The position numbers and the translations under genes are program-made. 64,000 nucleotides of DNA from Zootoca vivipara (lineage: Eukaryota), in assembly GCF_963506605.1 (NCBI RefSeq), contig NC_083288.1:47926001-47990000 (forward strand). The letters run 5' to 3'. Positions 51,201-63,649 of the stretch are shown here, one piece after another (position 1 is the first letter of the stretch; every line of letters starts with the position of its first letter). The notes under the pieces were generated by a model that saw only the letters and a list, made by a program, of their open reading frames with translations, had not been told where the DNA came from and made no database searches.

Positions 51201-52975
51201 CACCTTGAGGCGCAGAAGAGAGCGAAGGAATGAAAAAGTGGCTGGGAAGGAGTGCAGATGGAAAGGGAGAGGCAAGGAGGGAGGCAGAGAGAGACAGTGT
51301 GCTTGGGGGGGCACGCTGAGAGGGGAAAGCGAAGGGGAATAAATGTTCTGGGGAGAAGGGTGTTAGGGGCGAGGCAACAGCGGAGCGAAGGAGTGTGAAA
51401 GTGATGCAAAAGGAATGCAGAATGGGAGCGGAGGAGGCCAGTGAATTTAATGGAGGGAGCGAAGGGAATAGGGAGGTGAGAGAGGAGTGCAGAGAAAGAC
51501 GGGCGGAAGGAATGAGGAAAGAACGGCAAAGGAATGGGAGAAGGGAGAAACAAGGCAGTGAAGAAGGGACAGTATGGTGAATTGTGGAGGAGGGATGCGG
51601 AGAGCCCTGAGGAGAAGGCCAAGGAAAGCAGGAGGTGGCTGAGGGATGCAGAACGAAGGAATGAGAAAGGAGTTCTGGAGATAACCATGCCAGTGAGCAA
51701 AGGCAAAGAAAGAATTTTATTTTATTTTAGGTTTTATACCCTCAAGGAGCTCTCCAGGCAATCCTCACGACAACCCTGCGAGGTAGGTTAGGCTGAGAGA
51801 TAGCCCCCCCCTCCCCAAGGTGGGGCTTCGAACCCTGGTCTCACAGGTCCTGGTCTAAACACCCTAGCCCACTACATTGCAGTGGCAGTTCCATAGCCGA
51901 GCGAGCCAGCGCTGGCCTCAAAGCTCAGGCAGATCTGGAACGGATGGCAGGCCAAGAAGGGAGAACACCGCGAACCAGCCTTCGTCTTATTAAAATATTC
52001 ATATACACCGCCCACTCATAAAATACCAAGGCGGTGTACAGCAGCGTGTGTACCAGACACAACAGAAGGTAGAATGCCATTAAAAGAAGCAGTGCAGAAT
52101 TAATCGTAAAAGTTGATTGGCTCAATGCAAGGAGGGGGGGCGAGGAGGAAGGGAATGTGCCTTGTTAAGTAATAAAAAGGGACAGTGGGCCAAGTGTGGA
52201 GATCAAGACGGAGGAGATGAATGGAGGAACAAGAGGGGGATCAAAGGAATGAAGGGGGGAAAGGGGATTGCCGATGCATACAGACAAGGGGAGAGGAAGC
52301 GAAGGAATGAGAAAGCAGGAAAAGGAGTCAGCCGTGTGGATGTGGCCAGGGATGAAGTGGAGGAGGGAAGAGGAGCGTGCCTGCTTGCACTTGAGCTCTG
52401 CACTCCCCTTGGAAAGTAATTAATATTCTTGTAGTGCTGGGCACAGAGGGGGCAGGCCCGCCCTCCTCATTTGCATATAAATTAAACGACAGACAAAGAG
52501 ACTGAAAAGCCAGAAAAGCAATCACAGCCCCAGCTCCCTCCAGCCCAGGGGTACCACTGCCACCCTCCAGGCCTTCTGCCCCAGACAAGCCCAGAAGTGC
52601 CCATGATAGCACTTCTCCCTGCACCAAATCACGGGAGCACAATCCCACCCCGAGAGAGTCCTTGGACTGACATGAAATCTGTCTTGAAACTCCTCCAGAG
52701 CCTTGATTCCTTCTCCATGCTGGGATGAGAGCAGCCCAGGAGCTGCTCACCTTTTCCAACCAGCTCTTCAGTGACGCTCCAAACCCAGGAGATGTATCCC
52801 CCTCTCTTCCAAACCAGTCAGGTATCACACCTTCCTTTCCCCCCTCCTGCCGTAAAAACCATATTGTGAGCCGGGCACATTTCTTGCACATTTATCATTA
52901 CTTGTCTTTTTATCATAGGGATGGGCAACTTTAACCGAACCCTGGTTGCCTTACCAATGTTCGTCCAAACTACAG

Positions 52976-53158
52976 TAGGGTTGACATATTTCAAAAAGTA
53001 AAAACCAGGACACCCTGAAATTGGGTTGTTGAGCTGTTTTTAAGGAAACCTCCAAAATCGTTGAGTGCCACCTTTCGGGACCCCCCCCCCCCGGGATGTC
53101 AATTCTGCCTTTGAAATCCTGGTAATGTCCGTGAAAATCAAACTGTATGGCAGCCCTA
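52976..53158. mobile_element. Non-autonomous hAT element
   Basis: TAGGGTTGACATA...TATGGCAGCCCTA with TSD aactacag/acctacag. Confidence 0.75.
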
Positions 53159-53460
53159 ACCTACAGAAAAGAGAAATGTCTTTTTAAGTTGTAAGAAATA
53201 AAGAGAATTCCCACAATAATGTCATTAGCCTCTGGGTCTTTTGCTTGCTTGCTTGCTTGTATTTAGCAAGTAATTTTTCCCTGCGTGTGTGATACATACA
53301 AAATCCTTATTGATTGATGGTACCAGTTCTTTTACAGAGCCCAATCACTTGTAAGCTGGTCAGTTTGTGCCACAATGATACACTTCTAGCCTCCGGTCAG
53401 TTCTCCTAGGCGCTGGGTAGTTTGGTGGGGTTGTAGAATTGGACATTCCCACTATAGAAT

Positions 53461-53587
53461 GCTAGGTAGGCAGGAGCTGGGACCGAGCAACGGGAGCTCA
53501 CCCCGTTGAAGGGATTCGAACCGCCGACCTTCTGATCAGCAAGCCCTAGACTCGTGTTGGTTTAACCCACAGTGCCACCTGGGTTCC
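53461..53587 (-). mobile_element. Sauria SINE 5' fragment flanked by a 75-bp direct repeat
   Basis: Matches about 4482-4605; repeats at 53388-53462 and 53588-53662. Confidence 0.85.
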
Positions 53588-53954
53588 AGCCTCCGGTCAG
53601 TTCTCCTAGGCGCTGGGTAGCTTGGTGGGGTTGTAGAATTGGGCATTCCTGCTATACAATGCAACATTCTTAAATGCACAAAGTGCTCTACATGAGAGGA
53701 GCTTTGTAGGATCAGACTAAAGGCCCACCAAATCCAGCATCCTGTTGTGGCCAGTGGCAGACCAGACGTGTCTGGGAAGCCACCAAGCAGGGTTTTGAAT
53801 GCCACGTTCCTCCCCTCTTGATGCTCCTCAGCACCTGATAATCAGGGGCATGTCCTGCCTTTGCATGAATGTTCTCTGTACAGGCACCACTCCCCAAAAC
53901 TGTGAACTCGGCTGGTGAGTAACTGAAGTCAGAAGAGGGTAGCTGAGCTCCCTC

Positions 53955-54260
53955 TCTGCACTATACCTTTAAAGCAGTATCACACTTCTTCAAGCAGTCA
54001 TATTCTCTTCCCAGAGAATTCTGGGATGTGTAGTTTGCTAAGGGTGCTAAGAGTTGTTAGGAGACCCATCTACAGTATTGCCCTCACGGAACTACAATTA
54101 TCAGAGCAGCGTAACAATCCTTGCACGGAATCCTGGGAACTGTAGCTCTGTGATGGGAATGGGGATCTCCTAACTTCTCTCAGCACCCTTAAACTACATT
54201 TCCCAGGATTCTTTGGCTGTTTAAAGTGGCATAACACGGCTTTAAATGCATAGTGCAGAT
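53955..54260. mobile_element. Palindromic MITE-like element (related copies near 200-395 and 38300-38570)
   Basis: tctgcactata...tagtgcaga inverted ends and internal inverted arms; superfamily not determined. Confidence 0.65.
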
Positions 54261-56993
54261 AGGGCCTGAGAAACAAGAGTATTGGCCTGAAAACCAGGGA
54301 ATAAGGTGGGATGTCCTTTTTGTGCACTTTAGTATTCTGGGAAAAAATGTGGCTGAACAGGAAGACTCATAGGAAGGTCCACCTACCTCTGTATTGTCTA
54401 CACGGACTGGCAGCAGCTCTGCAGGTTGTCTCTTCCAGCCCCTTCCCCAAATGTGGAGAGGCTACGCCACTGCATTTTCTTTCAGGTCCCGTTTGTCTCA
54501 GCCAATCGCCTCTGATATATGTCCCCTCCTCCTCTCTGAACTTGGCTAAACCATTTTAAAAGCCATCTACGTTAATTGGCTATCACCGCATCTTTTGGCA
54601 GCGGCTTCCGTCAATTAATTCTGTGCGGTGTTAAGAAGGGCTTTCTCTTGCGCCTCTTGAATTTATTGCCAGTCGCCTGGCGGACCCTTTGGCCTAGTAT
54701 TATCAGAGAGGAAGGGATGCGTGTGAAATCTCTCTCACAATTTTATTTATTATTATTATTATTATTAATTTATTACACAAATGAAAACACAAAAGAGATA
54801 ATACACATACATTCATATAACAGAAAATAATCAAGAAATAATAATGCGCTTACATTCCTACCTATCCATCATATACATAATACAAACAGACCTATGTCAT
54901 TGGTATTTATATTACTCAATTTTCCGAATTTAAAATCCCAAAAGAACTAATACTTGGCAGTTGCATTGAAAGAGGGAAAAGCGAGGGGAGAAAAGGAAAA
55001 AAAGAAAATAATAATAATAATAGTAGTAGTAGTAGTAGTAATAATTATAATAACCGAGGGAAAAAATCAACAAAAAGAAAGAAAAAGGATGAAGAAAGGA
55101 AAAAAATTTAACCACACCTTGCATAATACAGCGTTATAAACCTCTTGTCGTGCTCTGTGTTTGTCGTTTAGCCCAAGGCCACACAGAAAACATGACAGGA
55201 AAGTGGGATATGGGCCCAACTCCCCCAGACATCCTGTCCAAACCTTGACTTCTGACCTTTCGGCTGCTCAATGGCGGAGGGGGGGACCTGTGGCCCTATC
55301 AGCCCCAGGCAACATGGCCAATAATCAGGGGTGATGGGAATTGTAGTCTAGCAAGAGCAGGTGCCCCCATCCTGGCTATGTGGGACTCCCCCCCCCCAAG
55401 TCCCTCAGGACCACTTACAACTTTGCAAACAGGGGTACAAATCCTGCAGGACTTACCCTCCCTAGATATTTAGCATTGCGGCTGCTTTAAAAGAGATGAA
55501 ACTTCACAATTATTTTGTTCGTTTGTGTTTTGCTTTGCTGGGCAGCCGGAGGCGTCCCGATGCATTTATTACCAGGCTTAAGGGTGTGTGTGTGTGTGTA
55601 ATTATTTAGGGTACGCGTTTGCCTGTGTTCTCAATCTCCACCTCGCTTTTAATAATATCGCACGCTGTTTCTAAAAAGTGGTGCGTTTGTGGTATAATAT
55701 TCATCCCCTTCCGGTTGACCTATAGGGCCTGTGCTTTGCAGTAGATTTCTGCAAAAACAAAAAAACAAAAACTCCAAAGCCGAACGTTTTGCTTTTATTT
55801 ATTTATTTATTTTGCCAGCCCAGATTCCAGCACTTTCTGTGACAGGAGGGGCGTTGTGACTTTGGCTCATTTGCTTCCCTGTGGCATTTTGATTTCGAAG
55901 CAGCAGGGGAAAATTTCAAATACCTGGGCCTTAAAAAAAAAAAGTGATGAGAAGGCCAGAGAGTTAAAAAGAGAGAGAGAGAGAGAGATTACTTTGCCAG
56001 CATCCTCTAAATGGGTCTGTCTCCTAGTGCCAACAGAGATTGTGTTATGGCCTTCACTCCTTCAATTGAAGGTGTTAGGGGTGGGATGGGAGGAAAAGGG
56101 TAGAAAAAAATGTGGGGCAGGATATAAACTTTGCCAGTGGGGAAAGGAATGGAAGGTCGTGGCACTAGAGACTGGAGGTTGTGTCTAATGTTAGCCCTGC
56201 TCGGATCAGACCCACTGAAAATAATGGGTGCATTACTGGAATAAAAGAATCGCAGAACTGGAAACGGTTTCGGAGGGCCATCTAGTCCAACCCACTGCAA
56301 TGCAGGAATCTTTTGCCCAACATGGGACTTGAACCCGCAGTCCATTTGTTTCAGCAGGTCTGCTTTGAGTTCATTTTAGTTGGAAAGCAGTAGGGGAGGG
56401 CTTAGCCTTTTTCAGTGCCAGGACTACAGTCGTGGAACATTTGGGTGTTCTACAATGAAAGGGGAGAAAGAGTCTCTGAGCACGTGCAAAATGTTTTTCC
56501 CCCCCTCAGGACAGAGAAGGCCTAAAGAGTCCACACAAATCTGGGGTTGAGGAAACAGGGTTGCAGGACACGGCAGCAGCGGGAAAGGCAGTTTAGGGGC
56601 TGAGGGAAGAAAGAGCAGATTGGAAAGGTGAAGTGAACAGGATTATGGAGTGTAAATGAACCTTGGAACTCCCTGCCTATTGAGATGGCGGCTTGACTGT
56701 ACACTTTTTGGTGACTGCTATAAACATTCCTGTTTAGACAAGCCTATAGAAGTGAAAGGGAAGTCACAAAGGGACACCCAGATGTTAACAAGAGTGAGCC
56801 AGAGCCTGCTTTTTGTATTTTAATATACTAATACTTGATATGGGGCGGTCATAAATAATCCCAGAATTCTTTAGGAGAAGCCATGACCATTTCACATGGT
56901 ATCATAACACTTTAAATGCATGGTGTGAATATGACCCTAATCACAGTTTCCCTCCTTATGGTGAAATGGATTGCATTTCCAGTTACATTATAG

Positions 56994-57129
56994 CAGGCAT
57001 CCCCAAACTTCGGCCCTCCAGATGTTTTGGACTACAATTCCCATCATCCCTGATCACTGGTCCTGTTAGCTAGGGATCATGGGAGTTGTAGGCCAAAACA
57101 TCTGGAGGGCCGCAGTTTGGGGATGCCTG
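56994..57129. mobile_element. hAT-type MITE
   Basis: TIRs and perfect 8-bp TSD cattatag. Confidence 0.9.
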
Positions 57130-59394
57130 CATTATAGTCATTTTTTGATATTTGCATACCCTCCAACACTAGTTTGAAACCCACTAGAATTCCACGTTCC
57201 CATTTTTTAAAAAAAGAGCCCAGCAGCCATTTTTGTTGCCATGATTTCGCGTGATATCATGCTGCTGTTCTCACCCACCCAAAAAAGTGCTTTTTGGGGG
57301 TGCAAGATTCACGGCAGCCAAAATGGCTGCCATTCTCTCGCGATAAAAAAGGATGTTCCCTCCCCCCCCCTAAGACGCTTGCATTTGCATCTATATGTAT
57401 AACTTAGCATATATGCAAAAGCGTACATGACTCTGTCCTCTTTTTTGGCAATATGAAAGTTCAATATGAAAGAGCAAAAGAGTGTCTCTGCGCCACGTGC
57501 AGATTGCCTTTCAGTACCAGATTGGGGGGGTCAGGAGTTTCCAGAGCAGAGGGCGCAACTCCTAGGCAGGCTTTGAGGCCTAGCAACCTCCTGGTCCTCT
57601 CGGCTCCGGGATGCCTGGGTCCTGAGCCTATTTCCCACAGAGCCGCTCGCTCCTCTGTGTGGGAGTGAATCCATAAACTATCGACATTATTTTGGAGGCC
57701 GCCGTTGTCTCGGCATCAGAGACGGTGACGGCATTAACAGCAGGTGAGCCAGCCTTGAGCTGCGGACGAGGGTCAGAAGAAAGGAAACAGAACGAGTGCA
57801 GCTCAAATAACGGGGGGAAATGAAAAGAGGACCCAGCCTTTGAAACGGAGCGATGCGAGTGATAGAGAAACAAGGCAGCGGGAAGGAAGACACCCTTTTG
57901 AACGAGGGAGATCAGCTGCTTTCAAGATGGTTACTAGAAGATCAAAGAAGCAAGGATACAGTATTCTCTTATTCCATCCTCTGTCTCTGAGCCCCACCCG
58001 GGTACCAGGATTTCGAGTTGTAGGAGTGGCCAGCATTCAACATCTAAATTCTCTGTCTCGCCCCACATTTGCACAATTTCCCTTTGCGGCATCAAAAAGA
58101 CCCACGTGGGACCACCATCTTCCACATTATTAAAGTGGGGCTCAGCAGCTTGGGGTAGTGGGTAGAGTCCAAAGTCCTTTTTTTTGAAGTTCTCTGTGTT
58201 AATCCATTAGGATCAGGGCTCAGGATCCAGCTGGGTAGGTACAGTTCCTTCGGGGTCCTCGCTCCTGCCCATCAGCCGTTAAGCAGGGATCCGCTTAAAG
58301 GTAAAACGGCTTTGATGTTGTGCAAAGTGTGCAGCGCATCATCTCTTGCCTCAGCAAAAAAATAAAAATAAAAAATCTGTTGCAAGAATATCAATGCAGA
58401 GGGGTTGGAAATGCCTCAGCACAGAAGCAGACTTGCAAATACCGGTATGAGAAAAAATTGGAAATTGCACGCATGCGATTTCCAGGATGCAATTGCATTT
58501 TGAAATTCATGGCTTTGAGTTAAGGGAGGGGTGGCAGTTCAGCTGTGCCTTGAAGTTCTTTTTGCCATTTGCAAAGTCAGGATAGATAAGGGGTACTGGA
58601 GAAGTTTTTTATTTATTCTTTTTTCCTTTGCATGCTAGAGTGGAGTTAGTTGCTAACAATTAAATAGATGCCTGTTTCCGACAGAAAAGTTATTTATTTA
58701 TGTTGTTTATTATTAGGTTTGTATCCCGAGCTTCCTCCGAGAGCAGCAAAGACCAAGGGGTTTAAAATAGTACCACTTAAAAATCAAACAGAAACACATT
58801 TAAAACATTTAAAAACTAAAAACCATCTAAAAACTAGCTGAAATACCTGTCTGTGTGATTGTGTGTGGATCTGACCTCGCCCACTACTGGAATGTGGCCC
58901 TCTAACCGCTTTCCAACAGGTGATGCGGTCCAAAAAGTTTCCTCACTCCTATGCTTGAGGCGCACACAGGTACATTACTTTAAAAAAAATTCTTTAAAAA
59001 CATGGTTAGAAATTAACATTCTCGGGAAGTTAACTGCTTCGTCATCCATATTGCCAGCAGTGGAGTCTATTTGAAATGTGTTGCTTAGGGCTTGGTTATC
59101 TGCATATGCTCCTGATAAGGCTTAATTAAATTAAATTAAAATGTTTAAGGAAGATACATCCTTGGTGCAGGGAGGGGCCCCAGGAATTATCCTCGCTGTT
59201 CCTTTTTGGTGCCAGATATGTCCTCTTTCTCAGCAGTGGCTCACAAGGACACAGGAAGCTGCATTGCACTGATCCATCTAACTTGGGGACAGTGACTCTC
59301 CAGGATTTCAGCAGGGAACATTCCCAGCTTTACTGGGAAATGGCATTAGGGACAGACGGTGTTCTGTGCCCGAGCTACAAACCTCCACCTAGAA

Positions 59395-59886
59395 CATGAG
59401 TAGGCAAACTAAGGCCCGGGGGCCGGATCCAGCCCAATCGGCTTCTAAATCCGGCCCATGGACGGTCCGGGAATCAACGTGTTTTAAATGAGTAGGATGT
59501 GTGTTTTTATTTAAAATGCATCTCTGATCCTGCCCCACATTTTTTTTTCTACCCTTTTCCTCGGCAGGGGGTTGGACTGGATGGCCCTTGTGGTCTCTTC
59601 CAACTCTACGATTCTATGATTCTATGAGTTATTTGTGGGGCCTGCCTGGTGTTTTTACATGAGTAGAATGTGTCCTTTTATTTAAAATGCACCTCTGAGT
59701 TATTTGTGGGGCCTGCCTGGTGTTTTGACATGAGTAGAATGTGTGCTTTTATTTAAAATTCATCTCTGGGTTATTTGTGGGGCATAGGAATTCATTCAGT
59801 TTCCCCCCCCCCAAATCTAGTCCAGCCCCCCACAAGGTCTGAGGGACAGTGGCCGGCCCCCTACTGAAAAAGTTTGCTGATCCCTG
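59395..59886. mobile_element. Non-autonomous hAT element with internal ~72-bp tandem repeats and a nested CR1 end
   Basis: 8-bp TSD acctagaa (59387-59394, 59887-59894); imperfect TIRs. Confidence 0.8.
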
Positions 59887-61242
59887 ACCTAGAACATGAA
59901 GGCAATAGGCTTCTCTTGCTTATGGGTAACTCACAGGTAGAGTGCCTCTGCTCCTGAAGGAACCGATTATTGTCGTTGTGTTCAGTGGCTGATAAAGACA
60001 GTCCCTTTATCAGTAGGCAATGTCCTCTGCCTTGTCGTATTATCTGCTAAGCGATTGGAAGGATGCTGCCAGGAGGGAAGGAGAGCCTAGCAGGGAGGGG
60101 GTCCTTACCTGGCCTGGCTGGGAGGAGACACATCAGCTCAGTTTATCCCAGCTGTGCTGCCTGGAGGCTGATGGGAGTCGGATCCTGACAGGCTCCAGAA
60201 AGCCACAGGTGCTGCACCTTATAGATCTTATTCTCCAGGTCAAGCCAACAGGTGCTCATAGCACTCAGGGCCTGTGGGAGGGGGCAGCTTTTTCACCCAG
60301 GGGAGTTGAGACCCAGCCCTGGGGGAATGCTACGCCTTAATAAGCAAGGAAAGAGACAGAACGCCTTGCAGAACTGCTTTTGCCACCCTCTTTTGCCCCT
60401 CCAGCTGCTTGCACGGCAGCTCCCGTAACAGAACCCGGCAGCCTGCCCTCCAACACACCCTGTTCCCCACCTATTATACTGCCCACCCTGCTCATCTTCT
60501 ACACTAGGCTAGACCTTCGCTTGCAAAAGCTCACGCCAGCTACGGCCAACTCATAAAGAGGGCCGTGCCAGATCAGGTGAAAGACCTTTCAGTCTGGTCT
60601 AGAGTTCTGTTCCAAGAGTAGCCAACCAAATGCCAGTCTTTACTGAGCATTTAACCTGATCTGTTTGCAGGGAGACTAGACGCCAGTTGGCCATTTAATA
60701 AGCACTCCTGATTTGTTTGCGGGGAGGTGAAGAAACTCTGTCAAAGCAAGCTACCGGTATCTCACAACCACCAGCACATTGCAAAAAGTCCAATCTTTTG
60801 GGGAGGTGGAGGGTTTGTTTTTGCACAAGACCGCCTAATGCCTGAATTTGCCAGAATCCCGTCCCCAAATAGCGACAACCTGGAAGGGCCCAAAGTTTTA
60901 TTGGTTGTCATGCTATCATGGGGGTGTGGGAGTTGTTAGCGGGAAAGGTAGTACTTCTGCGGGGGGGGGGGAGACACACACACACAGTGCTCCTTCTGGG
61001 GTAGTTTGGCCACCTTTGCACTCAGCTCTCACCTGTGGCTCCTGAAAGCTGCCAGCAATGTGACAGTGGCCACACCCCGGGAAACAGCTTCAACTGGCCA
61101 GCTAAATCAGGTGAGGGAAGCCGATGGGTCTCAAACCCTCGGGACTTCCTCTGCATGTGAAGACAGGCTCTGGCAGACTGAGTGGATGAGAGCAAGAATA
61201 GGCCCAGCGGTCAGGAAGGCACTTTCTGCATATGCTGTAGAG

Positions 61243-61567
61243 CAGGCACGTCCAACAGGTAGATCGTGATCTACCAGTAGATCACTGGACGCCTGTGCTA
61301 GATCACTGGCAGATCACTGGCTCCCCCCCAAAGAAGCTCAACAACTTTGGTTCCCATAAAAAAGCTCATTTTTTTTGCCCTGCACCCCCCAAAATGGCAC
61401 TTTCCTTCTTCCTAAAAAAAAGCTCAACAACAACTTTGATCTGAATGCCTAAAAATGGGCCTTCCTCCTCCCCAAAAAAGCTCAACAACTTTGACCTGAA
61501 CCTCCCAAAAGGGGGTAGATCACTGTAAGTTTTTAACTCTAAGTAGATTGCAGTCTGGCCACCCCTG
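61243..61567. mobile_element. Non-autonomous hAT element
   Basis: CAGG...CCTG ends, gtagatc subterminal repeats, 8-bp TSD ctgtagag. Confidence 0.8.
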
Positions 61568-61650
61568 CTGTAGAGGAAAGAGAAGGGCAAGTGGGAAGGT
61601 AGTCCATCTAGGAGAAGGGTTTCCACAAATCCAGTGTGGAAACCCTAAGG

Positions 61651-61786
61651 CAGGCACCCCCAAACTGCAGCCCTCCAGATGTTTTGGCCTACAACTCCCA
61701 TAATCCCTAGCTAACAGGACCAGTGGTCAGGGATGATGGGAATTGTAGTCCAAAACATCTAGAGGGCCGAAGTTGGGGGATGCCTG
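61651..61786. mobile_element. hAT-type MITE
   Basis: TIRs and perfect 8-bp TSD ccctaagg. Confidence 0.88.
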
Positions 61787-62131
61787 CCCTAAGGCAATTA
61801 GATGGCGCTGCCTTTTACTCCTTCCTGCAACTCTTGCAGCCAAGCTGGTGCCAAATGTCTTGCTCTGCTTTCCTTTGGACCACATCAGTGAGGCCGAGAG
61901 GGGGGTATCGTAGTCTGGGCAGCCCAGGACCTCCAGACACACTGCCTAGAGTTGCATATTGGGGAGGTCACCGCTAATGCAGCAGTTTGACTTCACCCCC
62001 AGAGGCACACTCCATTGTCTCTCGAGACATACAGATGCCAACAGCAACATGCCCACTTGTTCCCATCTCGCTCAGGCAGACGCACAACTGAAAAACCACA
62101 GTCTCTCTCTCTTTTTTTAGAAAATAAATTG

Positions 62132-62137
62132 TTTATT
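62132..62137 (-). terminator. Probable CDH24 polyadenylation signal AATAAA
   Basis: tttatt on the + strand, about 1 kb after the CDH24 stop codon. Confidence 0.6.
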
Positions 62138-63134
62138 ACGAAATTATAACATGGATGTCCCCCACCCAACACCGATTATGCCTTAGCTCCCTAGAATAAA
62201 ATTGTCCTGGCTATAGAAAGTCTCTTTGTGGTATCAGGAGAGGAGGGCTTTGTCCAGAGGGCGGAGGCCAGATCTCGTCCTCCGCCCCCGCTGCCATCTC
62301 CACGCATTTTCCCGGGAGCCCATGCAGGGGTGCTGGTGGTGAGGTCAGAAGCCCTGCCCTGGCTGGGGGGGCTGCAAGTTGAATGAGAGGGAAATCCATG
62401 CTGGCAAGACTGGATTGTTAGGGTCCAGGTAGGGAGGGAGTTTGGTACCAAAGGATTCTGGGAGAAAATGAATGCATAGAGTTATTTTTGTACAGGAGAA
62501 GGGGGGAAAGAAAAGAACGGAAACCAAAAACAGAATAAACACGGCACAGGTAACAGCAAAATGAAGAGAAAACAATGCGAATTACAGAGGGGACCAAAAA
62601 AACCCCACACACCCATAACATTTCTGTTTAAAGGCTGAACAAATGACAAAGTAGCATAAATGGGAAGGGAATCGAGGACGTCTAAAGGAACAGAGTAAGG
62701 AATGGTGGAAGCTGGAAGTGCAAAGTAGATGAAGAAGGGAAGAGAAGAATCCGAAATAAAATCGAAGCAATTTAAACACGAAAGATTTGGGGAGCGGGAA
62801 AACCGCTAGAGAATGAAAGACGCAATGAAAGAATAATTGGGGTGGCTAACCTGTGGCCCTGCAGATGTTGCACGACCACAGCCCCCCCCCATCATCCCTG
62901 ACTGCCCGCCATGCCGGGTGGGACTGATATGACTCAGAAACATCTGGAAGGCCACAGGCCAGCCGCCCAGGCCTACAGGGAGGCGACGCAAACAAGGACA
63001 GGAGATGTCTAGGAGACAAGCTGAAACCGAGAGCGAACCAAAAGGGAGAAAGCAACAAGCAACACAACAGGGACAGAGAGGGCTGGAGGGCCGCGCTGTT
63101 CCGTGGATGTGACCCCTCCCCGGTTCCAGGTCCC

Positions 63135-63649
63135 TCAGGTTGGAGGTGGGCCTTCTGGGGTGCCGTAGAGCTCAGCCAGCGTTCGGAAGAGTGGCCCCCA
63201 TTCTTCCAGGTACTCGTACCCGCCGGCGTCGCTGTCGCCCGCGCACGAGGACCCCGGGGAGCTGAGGGAGCCGGCCGAGGAGCCCTGTCCCTCGTAGCCG
63301 TACACCTGGATGGAGTCGTAGGGAGGGACGGAGGGGTCGGCGTCCACTTCGCTCAGGCGGGCCGCCAGGAAGCTGGCCACGTCATGGGGCTGAGGGGGCA
63401 GGCGGGTCGGCAAGGAGGGCGGGAAGTGCAGGCGGGGTAGCACGTCCCGCCTGAAGAGGCGGCGCTGCTGAGGGGGTGGAGGGGCAGCGTCGGGGTTCTG
63501 CAGGGCGGCCATGTCGAAGGCCTCTGTGTCCTCTTCGCCCCCGCCCTCGTCGTCGTAGGTGATGATGTTCTCGCGGACGTCCTCTTCTTCGAAAGGCAGC
63601 AGCGCCGCCTGCTTCTGCCTCCGGAGGGCGACAAACAGCAGCACCAGGG
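63135..63649 (-). CDS. CDH24: Cadherin-24 last exon (end of TM plus cytoplasmic domain)
   Basis: EEDVRENIITYDDEGGGEEDTEAFD, DPSVPPYDSIQVYGYEG and WGPLFRTLAELYG are type II cadherin motifs matching CDH24; phase-1 acceptor ccag|CC; syntenic with PSMB11. Confidence 0.93.

Noticed and set aside
50227-51342. 371-aa ORF and overlapping long ORFs as a novel protein gene
   Set aside because: Non-ATG start, low-complexity P/S/L/R content and several frames open at once, as expected in GC-rich, stop-poor DNA; no recognisable domain.
57135-57435. snRNA-type or BANP/YY1 promoter (octamers, AAAATGGC, TCTCGCGA)
   Set aside because: The motifs are arranged as one ~300-bp imperfect inverted repeat, which fits an old palindromic MITE better; no snRNA follows.
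57530-57750. Telomerase RNA
   Set aside because: No CTAACCCT template or pseudoknot upstream of the H/ACA-like motifs.
49400-62000. Hidden homeobox (for example Irx-like) or relocated AJUBA exons
   Set aside because: No WFxN homeodomain helix or LIM cysteine pattern found in the frames I read; very short exons could have been missed.
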